Source: Trichormus sp. ATA11-4-KO1 (GTDB lineage Bacteria; Cyanobacteriota; Cyanobacteriia; Cyanobacteriales; Nostocaceae). Taken from it: a stretch of DNA of 64,000 nucleotides. Both the position numbers and the translations under genes were made by a program. Numbering within the stretch: the first letter of the stretch is position 1; every line of letters starts with the position of its first letter. The stretch spans positions 224,001 to 288,000 of the forward strand of contig JAHHIM010000036.1 in assembly GCA_019358915.1 (NCBI GenBank), in the 5' to 3' direction. This document shows, one piece after another, positions 52,582-60,407 of the stretch. The notes beneath the pieces were generated by a model that worked only from the letters and a program-made list of their open reading frames with translations, had not been told where the DNA came from and did not search any database.

Positions 52582-53466
52582 ATGTCTATAACTCAAAATT
52601 ATAAATTGAACCTCATCCAATGGTATCCAGGCCATATTGCCAAAGCGGAAAAGAATCTTAAAGAACAGCTAACACGGGTAGATGTAGTACTAGAAGTACG
52701 AGATGCACGGATTCCTTTAGCAACACATCATCCGCAAATAAATGAATGGGTAGGGAATAAAGCGCGGATATTGGTATTAAACCGATTAGATATGATTACT
52801 CCCCAGGTGCGATCGCTATGGGTAGATTGGTTTAAGAGTCAGGGCGAGGTAGCTTATTTTACTAACGCTAAGCAAGGTCAAGGCGTAGTGGCAATTTCTA
52901 AAGCAGCTCAGGCGACTGGAGTGGATCTCAACCAAAGAAGACGCGATCGCGGGATGTTACCTCGTCCAGTTCGGGCTGTGGTCATTGGTTTTCCCAATGT
53001 TGGCAAATCAGCCTTGATTAACCGTCTTCTAGGAAAGCGCGTGGTTGAAAGTGCAGCTCGTCCCGGGGTGACTCGCTCTTTGCGCTGGGTGCGGATTTCC
53101 GAACAGTTAGAATTATTAGATGCTCCTGGTGTCATTCCTTTAAAAATGGGAAATCAAGAAGCAGCTGTGAAGTTAGCAATTTGTGACGATATTGGTCAAG
53201 CATCTTACGATAATCAGCTAGTTGCATCAGCATTCGTAGATTTACTAAATGACCTCCAAGATCAAGCAAGTGAATTGTTACCCCGCTCACCCTTGTATTC
53301 CCGCTACGAACTAGACCCCATACCCCATACAGGAGCAGCATATTTACATGCCTTGGCGGAGCATCGTTACAAAGGAGATGTAGAGCGTGCTGCTAGGCAT
53401 CTTTTAACAGATTTTCGTAAGGGTTTGTTAGGTACTATTCCTTTGGAATTACCACCCAACGTATAA
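52582..53466 (+). CDS. ylqF: Ribosome biogenesis GTPase YlqF/RbgA
   Basis: IQWYPGH, EVRDARIP, GFPNVGKS, PGVT and LDAPG motifs. Confidence 0.95.
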   Translation: MSITQNYKLNLIQWYPGHIAKAEKNLKEQLTRVDVVLEVRDARIPLATHHPQINEWVGNKARILVLNRLDMITPQVRSLWVDWFKSQGEVAYFTNAKQGQGVVAISKAAQATGVDLNQRRRDRGMLPRPVRAVVIGFPNVGKSALINRLLGKRVVESAARPGVTRSLRWVRISEQLELLDAPGVIPLKMGNQEAAVKLAICDDIGQASYDNQLVASAFVDLLNDLQDQASELLPRSPLYSRYELDPIPHTGAAYLHALAEHRYKGDVERAARHLLTDFRKGLLGTIPLELPPNV

Positions 53467-53504
53467 ACAGGCTTTTTCCGTGTTTTTTGAGTAGCATTTG
53501 AGCA

Positions 53505-53676
53505 TCAAAAATCTGGGCATTCAGTTTTGGTGACATCAGGATGGCAATAGTACGCTAGTACCGACTGAATGTTGTCACCCGTCACCCAGCCAGTAAGCAA
53601 CCTTCTCTGGGGATACCCCAGACGCGATCGCCCAAGTAGCGAATGTATGGCGAGTACTGTAAACCCTCAGGTATTC
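53505..53676 (-). pseudogene. C-terminal fragment of a tyrosine recombinase/integrase, frameshifted
   Basis: Manual translation EYLRVYSTRHTFATWAIASGVSPEKVAYWLGD / NIQSVLAYYCHPDVTKTECPDF*; frame broken by a 7-bp duplication (GTCACCC at 53574-53587). Confidence 0.8.
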
Positions 53677-53854
53677 ACATCTTGCACCAAGCGACTGAAG
53701 TCGCGCGCTGGTTCCAAATCCTTGATTTTACATTAGTCCGCGTAGGACGTTCGGCGAAGCTACTTCGACAAGGCTCAGTACAAGTCAGTCGAGCCGCGGA
53801 CTTCGTTTGTATAGCCACGAATTTCATTCGTTGGGGCTAGGTGCAAAATATGTG
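53676..53854. mobile_element. MITE/REP-like element carrying nested repeat copy 3
   Basis: Imperfect inverted ends CACATCTTGCACC / GGTGCAAAATATG; hairpin AGTCCGC..GCGGACT interrupted by the composite at 53749-53796. Confidence 0.7.
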
Positions 53855-53980
53855 TTGGGTGGCTCCGGGGTGATTGGTGAGCCGTTGGCAGGTGCTATTG
53901 GTGGCGTGGCCACGGCACTGCTTGGTTACTTCGTGCAGAGGCCAAGCGGTACAGAGACTAAATCTGGGGATTCTTTTTAG
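53852..53980 (+). pseudogene. Probable C-terminal fragment of a small membrane protein (holin-like)
   Basis: VLGGSGVIGEPLAGAIGGVATALLGYFVQRPSGTETKSGDSF*; begins at the MITE edge. Confidence 0.45.
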
Positions 53981-54327
53981 TAACGGAAGACTTGATCGCC
54001 GCTCGTGGGCGTGGGGGAGAACTGGCACTGTGGATTCGTGAAACTTGAATAAATGCAAAATTTTTTTGCTTACATAACTCCCATAAAGTACCCGGAGGCT
54101 ATGGGGTGGCGCTTCGTGGTGGAATTAGCCAAAAAATAATGACTGCTTCAAGGATAATGCACTTTACTTCATTTTACTACTGATGCCTTGTATCTAAAGA
54201 TATATATCTCTATTTACATTTTATATCTAAAGGTAGAGAATAACGGTTAACGCAAATTTGGGAATTTTTCGAGGGGTTGATTCCCAAAAAAACCTGCCTA
54301 TTCACCGCAGAGTGCAACCGAGGCCAG

Positions 54328-55350
54328 ATGACGCAAGCTTTCAATCGAGTCCAACAGTGGGAACAACGTCGTGATGAAGCCAACCGCTACTACAAGCAGG
54401 GGAAGTTTCAAGAATATCTCAATTTTGCCAGTGAAAATTTACAGTTAGCTAGAGACATTCGAGATCGAGCTAGAGAAGGTCATACATTGAATGATATCGG
54501 TTTAGCTTATCTCCATTGCTGCCAACCTCAAAAAGCATCAGAGTGTTTTCATCAAGCACTTGCGGTTGCTATTGAACTTGGTGATACGCGAGCAGAGGCG
54601 ACAGCACTCAGCAATTTAGGTTCTACCTACAGCCGTCTAGGAAGATTTTCGCAAGCGCTGGAGTCTTTTGACAAAGGATTGCAAATCTTTAGGAAATTGC
54701 AGGATACCCAAGGTGAGGCTTCTACGCTCAATGATATGGCACTGATTTACGCCAGATTGGGTGAACCAAAACGCTCGCTGTTGTTACAGTACCAAATTTT
54801 ATCGATGCGGCGATCGCTAGGAGATTTTTCTGGTGAAGCAAATACGCTCAATGGCATTGGCTTTGCTTACAGCACCTTAGGTCAGTTTGAACAAGCTTTA
54901 GAATTTCTGCAAGCAGCACTACCAATTCAACGAGCCACCAAGAATTTGGTGGGTGAAGCTACCACCTTGAATAATATTGCCTCCGTCTATGGTGATTCAG
55001 GGCAACCAAAAAAAGCATTATTACTTTACTACCAGGTTCTTTTGACACGTCGAGCAATAGGCGATCGCGCTGGTGAAGCAACTACTTTGCAAAACCTTGG
55101 TTTTACTTACAATATTGTGGGGAATAATCGCCAAGCTCTCAAGTATTACAAGCAAGCGATCGCAATTTATCAAGAACTTAGTGATTGTTTGGGAGAAATT
55201 TCCACTTTGCTGAATATGGGAAGTCTTTACGCCACGACGAAACGCAAAAAGTCAGCGCTATTGTGCTACCAAAATGCCCAAGAGTTAGCCCAAGGTATCG
55301 AATGTCAGCCTCTCCTGAAAAAGGTACAGCAGTTTAAGGATGCTCTTTAA
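54328..55350 (+). CDS. Tetratricopeptide repeat protein
   Basis: Repeated ~40-aa GEATTLNNIG..Y...G..ALE units; start could be the TTG at 54277. Confidence 0.9.
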   Translation: MTQAFNRVQQWEQRRDEANRYYKQGKFQEYLNFASENLQLARDIRDRAREGHTLNDIGLAYLHCCQPQKASECFHQALAVAIELGDTRAEATALSNLGSTYSRLGRFSQALESFDKGLQIFRKLQDTQGEASTLNDMALIYARLGEPKRSLLLQYQILSMRRSLGDFSGEANTLNGIGFAYSTLGQFEQALEFLQAALPIQRATKNLVGEATTLNNIASVYGDSGQPKKALLLYYQVLLTRRAIGDRAGEATTLQNLGFTYNIVGNNRQALKYYKQAIAIYQELSDCLGEISTLLNMGSLYATTKRKKSALLCYQNAQELAQGIECQPLLKKVQQFKDAL

Positions 55351-55351
55351 A

Positions 55352-55414
55352 AGTGCTGAGTGCTGAGTGCTGAGTGCTGAGTGCTGAGTGCTGAGTGCTG
55401 AGTGCTGAGTGCTG
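55352..55414. repeat. Perfect (AGTGCTG)x9 heptamer array (STRR)
   Basis: Direct count of nine copies. Confidence 0.95.
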
Positions 55415-55448
55415 AGTAGGGAAAAGTATCTAGTCTTGCTGCTCAGTA

Positions 55449-56411
55449 CTACTGAACCAATATTTCTAAAAGCGATCGCTCTATGACTTGACTGACAAAT
55501 TGATTGCCTTGCAAGTTGAGGTGTATGTGGTCTTGGTACAGGGCTTTCGCGTTTGGTGTGGAGTTGAGTAAAGGTAAAAAATCTATATATGTAATTTGCT
55601 GCGCTTTAGTAAAGTCAATCAGCCTTTGACGGGTTTTAATTTCGTAATCGCGGGGGCCTGGTTCACCAAGTTCTCGCAACAAAGGAGTCATAACAAGGAG
55701 AAATTGGCTGTTGTTTTGCAGAGTTAGCGCTTGAATTTTCGCGATCGCCTCTAAATTAATTCCCACGCGATCGCCTGTTTCTGTATGCACTGCTTTCATT
55801 TCCGGAATTGGCTTTGGTTTGATAATATACCGTTGCCACACTTCCGCTAATGCCAGGGGAGGTTTTTTGTCTGGGTAGTTGCGATCGCGTCCTACTGGTA
55901 AAGAAGTGGGAGCAGTAGCAAATAAATCATCGGTATTAATTAATAACACTACTATCTGAGCATTAAAATTCCCAAATCTTTGTAAATACGCTAATTCGTT
56001 TCTTGGCCCCCAGGAGTTGGCTGAAGCATTAAGAACTTCTACTTCCTGATATTTACTAGTATTTAATGATTTTAATGAATGAGTGATCAGGCTGGATATT
56101 GTATTAGTCTGGTCTGTCCACCAGCCACCATTAGCGATGGAATCGCCGATAATTAGCACTCTGAGGGTAGAATCTGCGGGAGTTTTTTTAATTGGCTCAC
56201 TGCGCATGGAATATTCGTTAATGGCAATGCGATTACCAAAGCGACGAGTGCGCTGGTTGGGAGCTAATAAATAGCCAATTTCGGTATCACCAACGTAAAT
56301 TAGCGGATTACCAAAGCCAAAGAGCAACCTTAATCCTAATTCCATTACCACAGATAAACCGACAAGCACCAAAATAATGATTAGTACTAATTTCACTTGT
56401 AAATGCCCCAC
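55449..56411 (-). CDS. SGNH/GDSL hydrolase family protein
   Basis: N-terminal TM segment; IGDS, NSWG and DHIH motifs. Confidence 0.88.
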   Translation of the reverse strand: MGHLQVKLVLIIILVLVGLSVVMELGLRLLFGFGNPLIYVGDTEIGYLLAPNQRTRRFGNRIAINEYSMRSEPIKKTPADSTLRVLIIGDSIANGGWWTDQTNTISSLITHSLKSLNTSKYQEVEVLNASANSWGPRNELAYLQRFGNFNAQIVVLLINTDDLFATAPTSLPVGRDRNYPDKKPPLALAEVWQRYIIKPKPIPEMKAVHTETGDRVGINLEAIAKIQALTLQNNSQFLLVMTPLLRELGEPGPRDYEIKTRQRLIDFTKAQQITYIDFLPLLNSTPNAKALYQDHIHLNLQGNQFVSQVIERSLLEILVQ

Positions 56412-56472
56412 AACAAAACTTTTTTAGTGATGGGATCAAACCTCTCACTAATAACAAATTTTTTAACATAGT

Positions 56473-59349
56473 TTAATCGCTGACCAGCGTAACTTGCCCT
56501 CGGTCAACATAATACTTTGCCAGTATATTATTTAAATCATCATAAAATCTGACTTCAATGCCAACAGCGTGAGAAAGCCACTGAGCATCATCAAAATATT
56601 GTTGAATAGAAAAGCCATGTGCTGGATAACTGCGATTCCAAGCTGGCCATGCAATTTTATTCCAGTTATGACCTTCTGCCTTCAGTAAACTTTTGATTGC
56701 ACAAGTAGGTGTTGTACCTTTTCCTGCTTGATTACCCACTTTGACAATAATTTGTTGTATTTTCTTCACAAAAGGTGGATAATCTAACCAATCCAGCAAA
56801 GTAATTTGTGTCCTGCTTTTTAATTCATCGATAAAAGGTGAGACATTGTTTTTTTCAGTCAGAATAATTAGATGTTCAATAGCACGAGTTAAAGCAACAT
56901 AAAACAGGCGGTGTTCTTCATCAACTACTCGCTCAATGTTATCACCAAAAACACGGGTAAACATCAAATCTGGGTGGATTAATGGATAGCAACGAGGAAC
57001 AGCATCAAGTATTATAACTACATCTTTCTCAAGACCTTTATACTTGTGAGCAGTTGAGATAGTTAAAGCTTGCCTCAATTCTTCAGGAAGGAAAGAACGT
57101 AATAAATTCAATAATTTTTCGTGAGTGTTATGGTTTTTTCCTTGATGATTCACAAACCAAGGTAACTTATTTTTTCTGGTAAGTAAAACTATATTTTTAC
57201 CATCTTTGATAGGTTTATCTATTAGCCGCAGTATAGCAGGTGTAATAATATCTCCATAATGTTCATTTTGCTCCTTATAACTAGGTGTAAACTGTCCCAT
57301 ATCAGCAATTTCTACTTTGCCAAATATATTTTTATGGGCGCGAGCCGGAGTACCTAATCCCTGCATTAATTTATTACCAATATCAACAATTGATTTAGCT
57401 GAACGGTAATTAGTAGATATATTCAGTGTTTGCGATGGTTGAAAAATTTGTGCGAAATTATGATAAAAACGCAAATCAGAACCTGCAAAACCATTAATTG
57501 CTTGCCAATCATCACCAACACAGAAAAATTGTGCTTGAGGATTTTGTTCTCTAATTGCTATTATCAATTTGTGAAATAATTCTGAAAAGTCTTGATATTC
57601 ATCAATGAGTATGTATTTAAGATTCTTTATATCACCATCACCAGCTTTACGACAAAATACAGTTTTTCCTGACTGAATCATTGCCGCAGCTTTTTGTATC
57701 ATTCCATCAAAATCATCTTCACCTGTTTGTTTAAGGCGTTCTAGATAGGACTGATAAAATTTTTGTGCAAGTTCTAAAAAATGCTGCTCACTGTCACAAA
57801 TACAATGATGATTATCAATCATTGTGGCTAATTTCTCCGAAGTGAGAGATAGTTTGCGACAACGTTGGATAAATCCTTCAACTACCTTAGTAAAACGGTC
57901 GATAGCTCTAAGTTTTATTTTCTGCCAAATTTCATCTTCACTCAGGCGATCGCATCTAATACCATACTTTTCAATATTTTGCTTTAATGAAGCACAAAAA
58001 TTTTCTATTTTTCCATCTCTGAGCATCTTTGGTGATAGCTCTACAAAATGCCAGTTAGCTTGATATTGCCAATAATCTCGCTTTGCATCTGACATCAAAT
58101 CATAATCTGGATCGCCTTCGAGTCCGAAATATTCGATAACTATTCCTTGATGAACTCCAGTTTCAATTGTAAAATCAGGTCGATAATTAATGTTATTCCA
58201 CCAAAAATTACGTTCGTATTTATATTTGATATTATGTTCTAATAAGAAATTAGCAATGACTTTTTCACCAAAAGATTTGTAGTGAGTTCCATCTAATCCT
58301 TCTCTTGGTAATGAGCGACGGTAATGTAACATTTCTTTTGGACTTTTATCATAGCCACCTGAAACTATACGTTCCCAGTCTTCACGAAAGTGTGACATCA
58401 TCAAAACACGGATTTTCTCATAAACAACTGGGTTGCGGTGATATTCATAAATTACATTTTGTAAAGCTTTGGCTTTCTTCTGTTCACCATCTGGTTCATT
58501 AAGAAGAATGCTTTCTTCAGGATGAACTAATGCGTAAGCTAAGGCATGAAAAGTCATTACATGAGGAATAGAATTATTGGGTTGTAGGGTGAGGCGTTCT
58601 TTTATTTCTTCCGCAGCCTTTCGATTAAAGGCTAACAATAACATTTCATTAGGTGCAATACCGCAATGCTTTTGTAAAAATAAAGCTCAGTTTACCAAGG
58701 TGGAAGTTTTACCACTACCAGCCCTGGCTACTACTTGAATATGTCCTTCAACAGCACCAATTGCTGCTGCTTGCTCCATATCTGCTGGGGATTGCGAGTT
58801 AATATTAATCCAGTTTTGGATATATTTTAACTTTTCTAATTCATATTCATTCAAGGATATATATTTTGCACATTCATTTTTGTAAAAGTTATAAGCGTTA
58901 ATAAAATTTTGCTTAAATTGATATTTTAGGCTTTTGAGTAAAACTGGTAGATATAATTTGAGTTTTTTTACTGATTGTTCATTTTCAATAAAATCAATAA
59001 TTTCTTGATAGCAAATTAGGGGATGGAGTTTATTGAATTTTTTAATAAATTGATTTTTACTATATCTGAAAATAAAATTTTTTCCATAATCAACTCTAAT
59101 TATCAACTCAGAGAAATTTGCAACATTTATTTCACAAATTCTACCTTGGCTATAATATTGCATTCCCTTTATTTCATGTATAGAATGCTCATATTTAATC
59201 TTTTCGTCAAAGCGACTAACTACTCTCCCACAGATAATATTCCAGAGCTTATTATTATCACCAATAATCTCTGCAAACTTTTGAACAGTGTCAATCTTTA
59301 AGTCACTATTAATATTCTGCATAAATCTTACTAAAAAGCTCATACTCAT
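56473..59349 (-). pseudogene. UvrD/helicase IV-like SF1 helicase with internal nuclease-like domain, split by one in-frame TGA at 58687-58689
   Basis: ARAGSGKT-STLVN*ALFLQKHCGIAPNE-MLLLAFN continues in the same frame; IDEYQD, VGDDWQAI, NYRS, STAHKYKGLE and RLFYVALTRA motifs. Confidence 0.85.
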
Positions 59350-59416
59350 TTAATCGCCTACTTTCAGTTTTCCCGTAAACTGAGTATGAACTAACACTCA
59401 AGCAGAAAATTTAGAA

Positions 59417-59566
59417 TCAAAGTCTATATTGTGTTGTACTGTTGACACTATACCCATCTATAAAACCTGTGTCTATCACAAATTCAATAGTAAAATCTGG
59501 TATGTTTGGCAGTCGAAAAATTACATTTACGGTGGCGTGTCCGTCTTTGACAGTACCAGAAATCAC
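59417..59566 (-). pseudogene. Truncated clan AA (retropepsin-like) aspartic protease
   Basis: GTG start overlaps the upstream stop (GTGA); MISGTVKDGHATVNVIFRLPNIPDFTIEFVIDTGF, only 49 aa. Confidence 0.7.
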
Positions 59567-59835
59567 TGTGAATCTCGCTCCAGGAACCCAGAGAAGGAAA
59601 CAGCAAATTTATAACCAATACGAATGCCGTATAGTCGAGCTAAGGGGTTTTTTTGCCGTAACAGGTGCGCTGATTCTCTGCCTGTTTTATCAATTGCGTA
59701 TTCACCTGTTTCTATATCGATAATCACCATCTTACCGATGTTCTCTGCTTGCTCCACTTGTTGACGAATGCGATTTTCGTATAGTTGTCTAGCACGGTTA
59801 GCAACTTCTTCTCGGCTCAGGAGTATGGCTTGCAT
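59563..59835 (-). CDS. Small hypothetical protein (DUF5678-like), coupled to the aspartic protease gene
   Basis: GKMVIIDIETGEY..RIG motif; 4-bp overlap with the next gene. Confidence 0.7.
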   Translation of the reverse strand: MQAILLSREEVANRARQLYENRIRQQVEQAENIGKMVIIDIETGEYAIDKTGRESAHLLRQKNPLARLYGIRIGYKFAVSFSGFLERDSQ

Positions 59836-60079
59836 ATTTCTTGAGTAACTTCTGCGATTACGTGTTGAAGTAATATTGATACTATTGATACTCTATCTGT
59901 CATCATATCAAGGGTTTGCCGTTGACGATTATGCGATCGCCTGCACTACACTGAGCAAAAATGTTACTTGTTGCAAAGCTTAAACAAAATATTATGCGGA
60001 ATTTCGCTTGAACTGCAAATAGAAAGACTACAATCAAAACGGACAAATTAGCACTGTAACAAAGGAGGATTACAAAGCT

Positions 60080-60220
60080 ATGTCCGATTTAAATCGAGGA
60101 ATTATGAAATTTAAGGGTGCAGACTCCCCGAAAGTAGTCACCATCTCTACTGTACTGCTATTAGGATCGATCGCTGCCTTGATTATTTGGGCGCTGCAAG
60201 CAGCCTATGCGCTAAACTAG
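60080..60220 (+). CDS. 46-aa single-TM microprotein, below the ORF-track cutoff
   Basis: AAGGAGG RBS; MSDLNRGIMKFKGADSPKVVTISTVLLLGSIAALIIWALQAAYALN. Confidence 0.8.
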   Translation: MSDLNRGIMKFKGADSPKVVTISTVLLLGSIAALIIWALQAAYALN

Positions 60221-60407
60221 AAAACTAGCAGCTTAGGAATTAGGGGCTTAGGGGGACACTTGCAAAAAACGGTTTCCGCCGCGGCCAAGTGTCCATTAAG
60301 CAACTAAGTAAAAGCGCCCTAACCACCATCAAAAAATTTCAGAAAAACTTGAGAATTTGAGATTTGAGATTTTAGATGGAGTATAAGTCTCAAATCCAAA
60401 ATCCACA

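Noticed and set aside
53643..54058. Listed ORFs 53643-53840 (+) and 53837-54058 (-)
   Set aside because: They cross repeat DNA or lie antisense to more convincing remnants in other frames
58687..58689. TGA as selenocysteine
   Set aside because: The position fits Arg after the helicase Walker A motif, not a redox Cys, and no evident SECIS hairpin follows
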